Below are positions 1-8,189 of a DNA stretch of 64,000 nucleotides, piece by piece (the first letter of the stretch is position 1; each line of letters begins with the position of its first letter). Where the stretch lies: IMG/VR virus record IMGVR_UViG_3300006173_000003, positions 1-64,000 of that record; one strand, written 5' to 3'. This DNA comes from a virus. Taxonomy: Duplodnaviria; Caudoviricetes. A program made the position numbers and the translations under genes. Under the pieces are notes generated by a model that searched no databases, was not told the origin of the DNA, and saw only the letters and a program-made list of their open reading frames with translations.

Positions 1-61
1 AATTATTCCCCTCACTCCTTAATTGGTGAGACTGGATTGCAATGACTAATGAGCTTTTCCC

Positions 62-325
62 TTGCGTAGTACGCTAATCAATCGGCTCGATACCGATGAG
101 GGGACTAAAATGTATAAATTTATGAAAAAAAACATCGACAGAACCGAAGAACTGAGAAACTGGCTAAAAGATCGTAAAGAGCTAAGCATCAATAAGATTG
201 AAGATGCTTCCGGTATCCCTCACGGAACATTGGCAAAATCCTTAATGACCAATCCGAGAAAGCTGCCTTATCATCACTGGGAAGCTCTTGAATGTGTATT
301 AGTTAAATACGGGTGGAAACGATGA
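62..325 (+). CDS. XRE/Cro-like helix-turn-helix protein (real start may be ATG 107)
   Basis: LSINKIEDASGIPHGTLAK has the pattern of an HTH motif; small basic protein. Confidence 0.5.
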   Translation: MRSTLINRLDTDEGTKMYKFMKKNIDRTEELRNWLKDRKELSINKIEDASGIPHGTLAKSLMTNPRKLPYHHWEALECVLVKYGWKR

Positions 326-348
326 AAAAAGCCCCTTATTTAGGGGCT
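325..348 (-). terminator. Rho-independent terminator for the minus-strand lipoprotein gene
   Basis: Stem AGCCCCT/AGGGGCT (330-336/342-348), 5-nt loop, A6 run at 325-330 (U-tract on the minus strand). Confidence 0.75.
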
Positions 349-656
349 ATGATCTGCACGTATTTTTTGTTAACCTGCTGATATCTATAGGAATGTATTG
401 CGTTTGGGACCTTTAGGGTGTCTGTTTGGATCTTCATGGCCCAGAGGGTGTCTGTATGCCAGAACCCCACCGTGGAACTACTGTCTACCGGAAGGAAGGT
501 GCGGGTAGTCTGGTAGATTCCAGTGAACAGGAATGGCCCCTGAACGGAGTCTTTATAGACTACCTGAACGCTGTCCAGATTGGGGATGAATTTAACGGAG
601 GGGTGTCCGCAGGAAATCAAGGCGACGACAGCCAGAAGAGAACAAATTTGCTTCAT
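336..656 (-). CDS. Small lipoprotein
   Basis: From ATG 656: MKQICSLLAVVALISC, a basic N-terminus, hydrophobic core and lipobox Cys. Confidence 0.75.
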   Translation of the reverse strand: MKQICSLLAVVALISCGHPSVKFIPNLDSVQVVYKDSVQGPFLFTGIYQTTRTFLPVDSSSTVGFWHTDTLWAMKIQTDTLKVPNAIHSYRYQQVNKKYVQIIAPK

Positions 657-692
657 GTTGGGATTTTTTATTTGCCCGAAGGTCTGGAATAA

Positions 693-724
693 TTTACGAT
701 TTACCAAATAAACGTTTATCTTTG
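693..724 (+). promoter_or_regulatory. Bacteroidota sigma70-type promoter
   Basis: TATCTTTG at 717-724 (TAnnTTTG consensus), TTTA 20 nt upstream, ATG at 747. Confidence 0.6.
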
Positions 725-746
725 GGTGAAATAAAAAAAACAAGTC

Positions 747-1142
747 ATGGGGTGTCTTAACTGTGGTAAGGATTTGATTCAAATTACAGGCAAAAGGGCT
801 AAAACATTTTGCAGCGTGACGTGTCGGTCTAATTACTGGCAGAAGAAAAACAGGGACAGGAAGGGGACCGGAAAGGCGGGACGTCCCAAAAAAGGAACGC
901 CGAAGATTTCAACTGTTGAAAAAGACTTTCCGAACGTAGTATGGCATCCGGATGTTCACGATGCGATGATGGCCGATGCTAAACAAACTGGCGTTAAGAT
1001 AGCCATACAAGTTCCGAAAAAAGATCTAAAAAAGTACTCAGAAGAATCTTTCATGGGGCATCCAATACCCAAGGGGTTAAAGGGAATTGAATTATCTATT
1101 TGGAAGGCTGAAATTAAAGAAAATGGCATACACAAAGGCTGA
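747..1142 (+). CDS. Zn-finger DNA-binding protein with an AT-hook-like motif
   Basis: CLNC...FCSVTC treble-clef pattern followed by KAGRPKK. Confidence 0.55.
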   Translation: MGCLNCGKDLIQITGKRAKTFCSVTCRSNYWQKKNRDRKGTGKAGRPKKGTPKISTVEKDFPNVVWHPDVHDAMMADAKQTGVKIAIQVPKKDLKKYSEESFMGHPIPKGLKGIELSIWKAEIKENGIHKG

Positions 1143-1335
1143 GTGGAAGCAAGAGGAAGAGGCTAATTATTTTGCCAACTGTCTCTTAATGCCACGAGAA
1201 ATGTTTGTGGAAGAGTTTTTAAAGCATAAATCCATTTTAGAAGAAGATAGGGTTAAGATATTGGCAAAAGCATTTGATGTTCCGGATTGGGCTGTCATTA
1301 ACCGGATACGAGAATTAAAAAACGATCTTCGATAA
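1123..1335 (+). CDS. Stand-alone C-terminal fragment of an ImmA/IrrE (M78)-like protein
   Basis: EEEANYFANCLLMP...LAKAFDV matches the IrrE C-terminal motif; no HExxH present. Confidence 0.6.
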   Translation: MAYTKAEWKQEEEANYFANCLLMPREMFVEEFLKHKSILEEDRVKILAKAFDVPDWAVINRIRELKNDLR

Positions 1336-1355
1336 CTATTAAACTTAAATAGTCT

Positions 1356-1769
1356 ATGCATTCATTATTGACAGAAGAAAGATACATGGTAAGAGTCGAA
1401 ATGCCTACTTTTAAAGATAAAATTGGGGACGTAGTATTAGAACAAACATACTCTGGGTTTTGGCTTAAAGATTGGCCTGCTATCTACAGAAAGATGGAAT
1501 GGTGGGAACATAGGCGTCCGGACGAAATGCCCCAATTAGTAAAGAAAGTTAGTGATAAGGACGGGTATCATAGAAAAGACGACGTGTTTTATGTGTCAGC
1601 ATGGCTATACAATCCCCCAAACCTTGTGGCTACAAAACATGCTTCAGGCGGTCGATGGGTAGCGCAAATAGCTGGGGGACATTTTTACAATGCCGCATGT
1701 CTTATTCCCATCACCGAGGCGCAGTACTCCGAAACACCAAATGAAAATAAACCATCTGTTGGAAATTAA
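1356..1769 (+). CDS. Hypothetical protein
   Basis: 137-aa ORF in a tightly packed rightward block. Confidence 0.6.
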   Translation: MHSLLTEERYMVRVEMPTFKDKIGDVVLEQTYSGFWLKDWPAIYRKMEWWEHRRPDEMPQLVKKVSDKDGYHRKDDVFYVSAWLYNPPNLVATKHASGGRWVAQIAGGHFYNAACLIPITEAQYSETPNENKPSVGN

Positions 1770-1778
1770 TCTTAACCA

Positions 1779-2030
1779 ATGAACCAGCAGATAATAGATA
1801 TTTTACAATCAATGGGGGATAATGCGTTAAAGGTGGCCGAAATCATGAAGCCGCCAACGGATGAAGGACTAACAAATATCCTTAGAACAATGGACGATAT
1901 AGAGGTATATGGGATTTATAAATGGGGATCAAAACGGGGACGAAAATTAGCAAAAGAAGAATGTCTTCGCCGTGGTCTCATAACCCCCAACTTTTTTATA
2001 TGGCTATATCAAAAATACTTTAACCAATGA
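1779..2030 (+). CDS. Hypothetical protein
   Basis: 83-aa ORF, co-oriented with neighbours. Confidence 0.55.
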   Translation: MNQQIIDILQSMGDNALKVAEIMKPPTDEGLTNILRTMDDIEVYGIYKWGSKRGRKLAKEECLRRGLITPNFFIWLYQKYFNQ

Positions 2031-2185
2031 ATACTATTGTAGCATATCAAAGTAATGGGAATTGCAACTTAATAGATGAAAAACAACATCATTATTGGAT
2101 ACGAATGCCATTTCTTTTTCTATCCGCAGAATGTAAGTGGATATTTTATCAACCAGTAGCCCGCTGGATAATTAAACTTAAATAA
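2027..2185 (+). CDS. Small hypothetical protein (52 aa, not in the ORF track)
   Basis: ATGA overlap with the upstream stop; fills the gap to 2187. Confidence 0.45.
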   Translation: MNTIVAYQSNGNCNLIDEKQHHYWIRMPFLFLSAECKWIFYQPVARWIIKLK

Positions 2186-2186
2186 T

Positions 2187-2534
2187 ATGGCAATTAGCCC
2201 ATTAGAAATAATGAAGCATTCGATTCTCTGTCATGAGGGTAAAACAAAAGTAGTCGTCGCCATAGGAGACTACATACAGTTTTCTGATGCTAAGGTATGG
2301 ATCGGGGGAAGCATGGTGGAGGGGGAGCCCATTTCAGAATTGTGGCTTGAACGATTCGATTTCAAGAAAATGGATCAAGACGTTTGGAGTAACGGGAATT
2401 TAGATATAGTATTAGGGAACAATTTTTTTACCAGTCCACTATCTCGAAGAACATTTCAATATTGTCATCAACTTCAAATGCTTCATTATACCATAGTTGG
2501 AGAACACCTTAAACTACCTAAAATTAAAAAGTAA
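2187..2534 (+). CDS. Hypothetical protein
   Basis: 115-aa ORF; resembles the 3327-3701 product (F..F.....HQLQ/HQAQN tail). Confidence 0.6.
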   Translation: MAISPLEIMKHSILCHEGKTKVVVAIGDYIQFSDAKVWIGGSMVEGEPISELWLERFDFKKMDQDVWSNGNLDIVLGNNFFTSPLSRRTFQYCHQLQMLHYTIVGEHLKLPKIKK

Positions 2535-2787
2535 AATGGCTAGAGACGAAAGGCTAACGTTCTTCCGGAATAGAGTCGGAAGGCGAGTTTATAGGACTTG
2601 GCTCCCTGGTGGATCAAAAGCCGATGAAAGGGTTCACCGGGAGGGTCAGATTATATTCAACCGATACCATGCCGAGTGGCTTTACGAACGGGAACGAGCA
2701 TGGAGAAATCTAGGATTCAATGTGGTATATTTCGGATCTGTTTCGGAAAGAAACAAAGCCGAAGACGTTGATGTTATTTTAGCCTGA
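2497..2787 (+). CDS. Hypothetical basic protein (probable start at MARDER, about 2536)
   Basis: Last ORF of the rightward block. Confidence 0.55.
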   Translation: MENTLNYLKLKSKMARDERLTFFRNRVGRRVYRTWLPGGSKADERVHREGQIIFNRYHAEWLYERERAWRNLGFNVVYFGSVSERNKAEDVDVILA

Positions 2788-2793
2788 GAACTA

Positions 2794-3003
2794 TTAAATT
2801 GGTAAGATAACACTAGAAGATTGTTTCCCTTGATTTCTCCTGATTGCTTCTACTCGTTCAATACATTCTCAGGAACAAGCATGGATTGGCGTCGTTTCTT
2901 TTTCCGGTAGTCTTTCAAACCACTGAACGGGCTTAGACCAATAATGTCCATTGTGAGCCGCAGGAAGTTCTTTCTCACATCCATCGCATTTACAGTACAT
3001 CAT
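2794..3003 (-). pseudogene. Zn-ribbon protein gene interrupted by an in-frame TGA
   Basis: Hand translation MMYCKCDGCEK...HACS*ECIERVEAIRRNQGKQSSSVILPI; TGA at 2869-2871 falls inside a CxxxC motif. Confidence 0.55.
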
Positions 3004-3004
3004 A

Positions 3005-3319
3005 TTACTTTCTTATTAGAGTGTATTTTTTAGCCCATTCATCCACAATATCAGGACGTGGGAACCGGAATGCTCCGCCAGTCATATCGTTCCTGATTTC
3101 ATCCCATAGTACATCTTGATTGGGTTCTTCGGATGGGGTTTCATCTAGCCATTTTATTTGATCATATGGATAATAATTCAGGTTGACATTATCCTGAAAT
3201 GATTCTTGCCCATGTTGTCTTTGACCCAAGGAATACATCTCTGGGCCTCCGTCACATATTTTGATGGGCAATTCCCAATAATGATTGGGTAATCTATCTA
3301 CGGCTTTAATCCAAGGCAT
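3005..3319 (-). CDS. Hypothetical protein (DUF551-like N-terminus)
   Basis: MPWIKAVDRLP resembles the common phage W.sv.drLP start. Confidence 0.6.
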   Translation of the reverse strand: MPWIKAVDRLPNHYWELPIKICDGGPEMYSLGQRQHGQESFQDNVNLNYYPYDQIKWLDETPSEEPNQDVLWDEIRNDMTGGAFRFPRPDIVDEWAKKYTLIRK

Positions 3320-3326
3320 AAGTATA

Positions 3327-3701
3327 TTATTGTTTAATTGTTAGGTTTTTCCCAGTTTTACAATAAAACCAATTCTGAGCTTGATGTAAATACAACATTG
3401 GGTAATCATGATATCTACATCCTTCATTATCTATGAACCCAAAATGGTCTAATGAAAATGAAAATCCTTCCATTTCGAAATCCCACCATACTCCCCCCGT
3501 CCATCGACAATCCATTTTATTTAACCACTCGGCAGTCAATGGGATGCTATAAAGTCCGTAATTACCGCCCATATCTGGATGGTCGAAGGCATGTAGGTCA
3601 TTTATTCTGATTGCGTGAACTTCTCCATGTCGGTTATAGACTAGGTTGTCCAGCATCAATCCAATAGGTGATGAAATCTTGTGGTCTTTAAAATCGGTCA
3701 T
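3327..3701 (-). CDS. Hypothetical protein
   Basis: 124-aa ORF; IPLTAEWL and LHQAQN motifs are typical of small Bacteroidota phage proteins. Confidence 0.6.
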   Translation of the reverse strand: MTDFKDHKISSPIGLMLDNLVYNRHGEVHAIRINDLHAFDHPDMGGNYGLYSIPLTAEWLNKMDCRWTGGVWWDFEMEGFSFSLDHFGFIDNEGCRYHDYPMLYLHQAQNWFYCKTGKNLTIKQ

Positions 3702-3777
3702 TTTATTGTTTTATTTACGTTAACGTGGCATGAGATTCGCGGTATTTAAGTATTTTACAGTCAAATTCCACATATTT

Positions 3778-4332
3778 ATGGATCTTTTTCACGACAAAGA
3801 GCTAAAAGAAGACAAGGACATTATCCAACATCTTCTTAGGAACGAACAGCGGTTCCAGGAAAATGAAAAACGCTCTTTAGAAAATGAGGAACGAATGTTA
3901 AAAATAATTGACAAGTTACTTCCAAAACACCCTGTTAACGATTTTATTATCACTTCTTTACGCGTAACTAAAATATCAATTGACAATTTAAAAATCCAAG
4001 GACAAATTATGTTAGTAACATTCGGCAAAGCACAAAAAGTAACTCAGACAGTAACGGGCTTCAATGCAGCGCTTCAGGCGGTTCCTCTTGGCCATTTATC
4101 CGGCCTTACCGCGACCATCGACAACACTGCCGTTGCAGCAGTGGGAACAATTGACCCCGTAAATCAGACAGTGGATATTTTAGGCGTCTCCGATGGCACC
4201 TACAATATCACCTACTCCGGCGTGAACGATCTGGGCGCTACAGTAACCTTCACCGAAGGCGGAACTATCGCAGATGTAGATAACGTTATCACGTCGCTAC
4301 AGACCACGTCTTCTACCCCTGTTGCTCAGTAG
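3778..4332 (+). CDS. Coiled-coil plus Ig-like (Big_2-like) protein with a probable second in-frame start at 4009
   Basis: Charged helical N-terminal part, then TATIDNTAVAAV...GVSDGTYNITYS; GC content and codon usage shift at 4009. Confidence 0.6.
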   Translation: MDLFHDKELKEDKDIIQHLLRNEQRFQENEKRSLENEERMLKIIDKLLPKHPVNDFIITSLRVTKISIDNLKIQGQIMLVTFGKAQKVTQTVTGFNAALQAVPLGHLSGLTATIDNTAVAAVGTIDPVNQTVDILGVSDGTYNITYSGVNDLGATVTFTEGGTIADVDNVITSLQTTSSTPVAQ

Positions 4333-4351
4333 TCTTACCCACTACACTGAA

Positions 4352-4558
4352 TCACTTAGCCTCTTCTTCAGAAGGGGCTTCTTTTTTAATCCTATGTTCA
4401 AGACAGTCAATGTAATATGCTACATATAATGCCGAACCAGTAGCGACTATAGCGGATATTAAGGCCACAAGATTATTATGCGCTTGCTTTGCTTCAGCAA
4501 GCATAGATCCTCCAGAAAGAATGAGAAGAAGGCATATAGGTATTAGTGCTTTTTTCAT
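4352..4558 (-). CDS. Small membrane protein
   Basis: MKKALIPICLLLILSGG signal-like start plus a second hydrophobic segment. Confidence 0.6.
   Translation of the reverse strand: MKKALIPICLLLILSGGSMLAEAKQAHNNLVALISAIVATGSALYVAYYIDCLEHRIKKEAPSEEEAK
4358..4387 (+). terminator. Rho-independent terminator
   Basis: AGCCTCTTC/GAAGGGGCT stem, TTCA loop, TCTTTTTT tail, directly after the stop at 4332. Confidence 0.75.
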
Positions 4559-4585
4559 TATTTACTCTTTTATATGATTTAATGT

Positions 4586-4999
4586 TTACCAGAAATGAAC
4601 TACGCCATAAATAGGATATTCTTTCATTTTATCTCCAAAGCCTCCAATAACAAGCGTAGTTAAATCCTGTGTGATATCGCTGTATAATATCGAATATATT
4701 CCCCTCTCTGTTTCGTACATATATACAACGACCCCTGCACTATCCATGAAAATAAATGGTTTCTGTGTTTTAAACCTTTCGCTTTTAATGACTTTCCCTG
4801 TCTGTAATACAGAGCCCCCAATAACTATATCTTTGTATACGACTGAATCATGAAATCCCCAATCGATATGCCCTTTCCCTTTAGGGTTGTCTGTGGAAAA
4901 TAAATAACTATGCTGAATATCTCTAGGTTGTTTTACTTTAAATTGCCCATTACTGAATATAGCAGACAGCAAAAGGGTTATTGTTAATGTGTATTTCAT
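4586..4999 (-). CDS. Secreted protein with a Sec signal peptide
   Basis: MKYTLTITLLLSAIFSNG-Q; a Gln after the predicted cleavage site is typical of Bacteroidota. Confidence 0.65.
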   Translation of the reverse strand: MKYTLTITLLLSAIFSNGQFKVKQPRDIQHSYLFSTDNPKGKGHIDWGFHDSVVYKDIVIGGSVLQTGKVIKSERFKTQKPFIFMDSAGVVVYMYETERGIYSILYSDITQDLTTLVIGGFGDKMKEYPIYGVVHFW

Positions 5000-5013
5000 T
5001 TTATGTGATTTTA

Positions 5014-5316
5014 TTAATCCCATTTACTGGCGTATTTTCTATATACAGACAGGCTATCCTGCGCTTGTTTTCTCATGTGAAGCTCTACGTTTAAACATAT
5101 ACTATCTACTTTTATTTTTATGCCTTCGTGTAGTATTTTGTCTATTCGTAGAGTACTTTTACTCACTTCATCTTGCCAATAACAATAGGTAATCCATTCA
5201 ATTGGTCCATCATAATCCAGATATGCTTCATAGGAGCCCTTCTTATGTCCATCTGGATAGTAATCACTATGACAAGACACAAGGAATAAGATAAGCAAAC
5301 CGAATAATAGTTTTAT
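5014..5316 (-). CDS. Lipoprotein (probable ATA start at 5316)
   Basis: (M)KLLFGLLILFLVSC lipobox when read from the ATA that overlaps the upstream TAA. Confidence 0.55.
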   Translation of the reverse strand: MKLLFGLLILFLVSCHSDYYPDGHKKGSYEAYLDYDGPIEWITYCYWQDEVSKSTLRIDKILHEGIKIKVDSICLNVELHMRKQAQDSLSVYRKYASKWD

Positions 5317-5525
5317 TTCTTTTTATTTAAACTGTTTTGTAAAAATTGTTCTCGTTGGTTAATTAGGGAATCCATCTCCTGCCGATTTCGACATATTACT
5401 TCTCCCCACTTCCATCCAGTGGGGACTTTCTCCCAATTTACGCCCCTATAGGCATAGAACCACTGTCCCTTTCCTTTTTCGAAGGCTCTTCCAATATCTC
5501 CTTTTATAGGGAACTCGTCATTCAT
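5313..5525 (-). CDS. Hypothetical protein
   Basis: 70-aa ORF with overlaps that chain it into the leftward operon. Confidence 0.55.
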   Translation of the reverse strand: MNDEFPIKGDIGRAFEKGKGQWFYAYRGVNWEKVPTGWKWGEVICRNRQEMDSLINQREQFLQNSLNKKK

Positions 5526-5707
5526 ACCGGTATAATTTCAGTTGGTAAAGTTGTGTTTTTGTCTCTGAATGATTCAGCCTCTTGTTCTGAATGGAATTCC
5601 ACTGCGTTGTCTCTTCTTTGACTCCAATACGCGAGTAGTTTTTGGGTTCCCGGCAAAGCTCCCATATAATGAATCTTAGAATCTATTTTGGCGGTTATGA
5701 TATACAT
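5522..5707 (-). CDS. Hypothetical protein
   Basis: 61-aa ORF with an ATGA overlap. Confidence 0.55.
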   Translation of the reverse strand: MYIITAKIDSKIHYMGALPGTQKLLAYWSQRRDNAVEFHSEQEAESFRDKNTTLPTEIIPV

Positions 5708-5711
5708 AAGA

Positions 5712-5861
5712 TTATCTGTTTTTCGTTGAATCCTTGGCCCATCTCATGTTTTCAGTTCCATCAAAATATTCCCAATGTCCAGTGTCTTTCTTAAGAGGAG
5801 GGATAGACTTTCTCTGCGGACAACAGGATACAATCAGTAAGACAATGAATAAGTATTTCAT
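5712..5861 (-). CDS. Small lipoprotein (49 aa)
   Basis: MKYLFIVLLIVSCC lipobox; ATG overlaps the TGA of the upstream gene. Confidence 0.65.
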   Translation of the reverse strand: MKYLFIVLLIVSCCPQRKSIPPLKKDTGHWEYFDGTENMRWAKDSTKNR

Positions 5862-6604
5862 TTTAAAAAGTTTTTCCATACCTCCAACATTCGACTGTAC
5901 AGCAAATGTAGTTTCCTGGTATGTTTGTTTATTATAGTTTCTCGATCTGTTCCGGTCCTGCAATTGTCGAAGAAAGGAAATGGAGTTCGCTCGTATCTGT
6001 AGGTTCGTCCAAGGCCCTCTGCAATGGCAAGTAAAGAAGATTGAGTGCCAGTAAAATATTTGGCACCACGAATTAAATACGCTGCTTGTAGATAGTCGTC
6101 ACATTGCTTCCACCAAATTCTGTTATCTCCATATTTCTCAGAAAACTCTGCGTACTCCTCAAACAGTCCTAGAAACCAGATATCCGTGTCAATGTTTTCT
6201 TTTAAAAATCTCAACTCTTTCTTATATGAAAAAATCTTATCACGATATCTTTGGGTAACATTTATGACAGAATAGTCCATCCACCAAAGAGCGGGCTCAG
6301 GTAAAGTAAGCCATCCATCCTTATACTTTATCTTCACATCTAAAACCTTTGCAAACGCTTCACAAATATGCATTCCTTCCTCGATTACATAACTAAATTT
6401 AGAGAGATTTATAAACCCAGCAGGAAGACCATCTAGCTCATGAAAGAACCCAGTTATACCCGGCTGCACCTCGATAAGCGGCTTCAAGACTAAGTATTGT
6501 TCCATGGGTATTCCAGTATAAATAGCTCCTCCTCCATGTGCTTGTATTGCTGGAAGACTATAGATGATATCTCCCATTGCTCTATAGATGTAATAGTTAT
6601 TCAC
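5858..6604 (-). CDS. GT-B glycosyltransferase, family 9 (heptosyltransferase)-like
   Basis: N-terminal MGDIIYSLPAI and C-terminal LQAAYLIRGAKYFTGTQSSLLAIAEGLG match GT9 patterns; probable GTG start at 6604. Confidence 0.65.
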   Translation of the reverse strand: MNNYYIYRAMGDIIYSLPAIQAHGGGAIYTGIPMEQYLVLKPLIEVQPGITGFFHELDGLPAGFINLSKFSYVIEEGMHICEAFAKVLDVKIKYKDGWLTLPEPALWWMDYSVINVTQRYRDKIFSYKKELRFLKENIDTDIWFLGLFEEYAEFSEKYGDNRIWWKQCDDYLQAAYLIRGAKYFTGTQSSLLAIAEGLGRTYRYERTPFPFFDNCRTGTDRETIINKHTRKLHLLYSRMLEVWKNFLK

Positions 6605-6977
6605 TGGATTGTTTTGTGTTAAGCGTATTATACCATTTGACAAAATCAACGACAGCTTCATACGTTGCCAAAAGTTTTGTTTCTGCTACCTTCTTTATTT
6701 TATAAGTAGAGCCACTTCCAATTGTACGAATAACTTCCACAGGATCATAATAGTTCCAGATCATGCAACTTTTACCGTTTATCGAGACATAAACTTTATC
6801 TATATGGTCAGTTGCCAGAGACTCTATCTTTTCTACTACCATTATCAAGTGATTCCAGTTGGCGTGATAGCCCAATTTTGACATTTCCCATATATCCATA
6901 TCTTCAAACTTAGAATGAATATATCCCATAAAATCCGCTATCATGGTATTGTTCGATATTATTTCTTCCGCTTCCAT
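6597..6977 (-). CDS. Conserved-type hypothetical phage protein
   Basis: IADFMG...YHANWNHLIMVVEKIE motif. Confidence 0.65.
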   Translation of the reverse strand: MEAEEIISNNTMIADFMGYIHSKFEDMDIWEMSKLGYHANWNHLIMVVEKIESLATDHIDKVYVSINGKSCMIWNYYDPVEVIRTIGSGSTYKIKKVAETKLLATYEAVVDFVKWYNTLNTKQSSE

Positions 6978-6994
6978 ATATATAATTAGTTAAT

Positions 6995-7189
6995 TTATAG
7001 ATCTGGTTCAATATCTAACACCCTAATGAGTTCTCCGCAGGAATATTCTCCAGTCCCAATATATTTATTTCCATCACCGTCGACGCCATATACCTCCCAT
7101 GTTTCGGACCGCTCGTCAACATCTGAATCCATTAAAGTTTTTTGATTCCAATCTATTTCGGGATACAACTTGGTGGCCTTTGTTTTCAT
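6995..7189 (-). CDS. Small acidic hypothetical protein
   Basis: 64-aa ORF. Confidence 0.55.
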   Translation of the reverse strand: MKTKATKLYPEIDWNQKTLMDSDVDERSETWEVYGVDGDGNKYIGTGEYSCGELIRVLDIEPDL

Positions 7190-7208
7190 TTACCTAATAT
7201 TTAATGAT

Positions 7209-7439
7209 TTAGAATATCCCGTTAATTTTAGCCCACTCTTTATTAGGGTATTGGGGATGTGAGAAGTCAGAATAAAGACTAATCTTCCATATGGTTTGTA
7301 TTTCGTCATCACCAATCCACATCCCAGCGTCTATGCATGTCGGGTCGGAAACACAAACTAAATTTCCTGAAATATGCTCCACCGAAAGTATGGCTCCCCA
7401 ATTAGTCACGCATCTTATGCAAGAATAACTTCCTCTCAT
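7209..7439 (-). CDS. Hypothetical protein
   Basis: 76-aa ORF overlapping the ninG stop. Confidence 0.45.
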   Translation of the reverse strand: MRGSYSCIRCVTNWGAILSVEHISGNLVCVSDPTCIDAGMWIGDDEIQTIWKISLYSDFSHPQYPNKEWAKINGIF

Positions 7440-8011
7440 AATTTCATCGGTTTTGTTTTACGCATTTTATTTACCAATCTACTGTAGTGGGAGATAAGAC
7501 CTTTTATTTCGGATACTCCGTAGTTGTATTCCATTCTGGCCTGCTCTTCTAAGTATTCTACACCTCCAGACCTATCTTTTTCTATGATGTTTCCAAAATG
7601 TGGGCTATAAGAACTAAGAAGGCCCCCTTCGTTTTTATTGCAGGAATGACAGCTTGGGAGACAGTTTTCTTCTAAAAATCTGGTGTTTTTATGTACTCGT
7701 GGAATATAATGACAGCACTCCATATCAGTCCAATAATACCCCCTTCCACATCCGAGGCAACCGCAGTATCCATTTTCGTCCGACGCTTTTAGTCTTATAT
7801 ATTGACTAAATACAACATCCAGATCATCAATTACAGTGGACAGGGTTTCATTTTGCTGCAATTCCTGTTCTTCGAATTTAGCGGCAGACTTCATTCTTAT
7901 GCCAGACCAATAATGAGTGGGGCATAATTTTTTAGTCAGCGGTCCTTTATATGTACACCCCGGATGTTCGCATTGTCCTTTCTTCTGACGAATAGTAGAT
8001 CCGTATCCCAT
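7436..8011 (-). CDS. ninG: NinG/Rap-family recombination endonuclease
   Basis: LDVVFSQYIRL...CLGCG...CCHYIPR...TRF.EEN...C.SCN signature, with an extra N-terminal CxxxxC...CxxH finger. Confidence 0.8.
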   Translation of the reverse strand: MGYGSTIRQKKGQCEHPGCTYKGPLTKKLCPTHYWSGIRMKSAAKFEEQELQQNETLSTVIDDLDVVFSQYIRLKASDENGYCGCLGCGRGYYWTDMECCHYIPRVHKNTRFLEENCLPSCHSCNKNEGGLLSSYSPHFGNIIEKDRSGGVEYLEEQARMEYNYGVSEIKGLISHYSRLVNKMRKTKPMKL

Positions 8012-8178
8012 TATTTATTCCCCTTTTTCTTTTTATCGATTACCGGTTCAGCATGATCCATGAGAACCTTTTCCATATAATTCTTGACAGTTCTGTTATC
8101 TTTTTCTCCAAGAACTATCAGCTTATCGACAACCGTCTCAGGCAAGTCGATGTTTTTTCGGATTATTTTCTTCCCCAT
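8011..8178 (-). CDS. Ribbon-helix-helix (CopG/Arc-like) repressor
   Basis: RKNIDLPETVVDKLIVLGEKDNRTVKNYMEKVL fits the RHH pattern; ATG 8178. Confidence 0.7.
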   Translation of the reverse strand: MGKKIIRKNIDLPETVVDKLIVLGEKDNRTVKNYMEKVLMDHAEPVIDKKKKGNK

Positions 8179-8189
8179 GACGTAAAAGT

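Noticed and set aside
426-692. Plus-strand 88-aa ORF
   Set aside because: Shadow of the minus-strand lipoprotein, which has a lipobox and its own terminator
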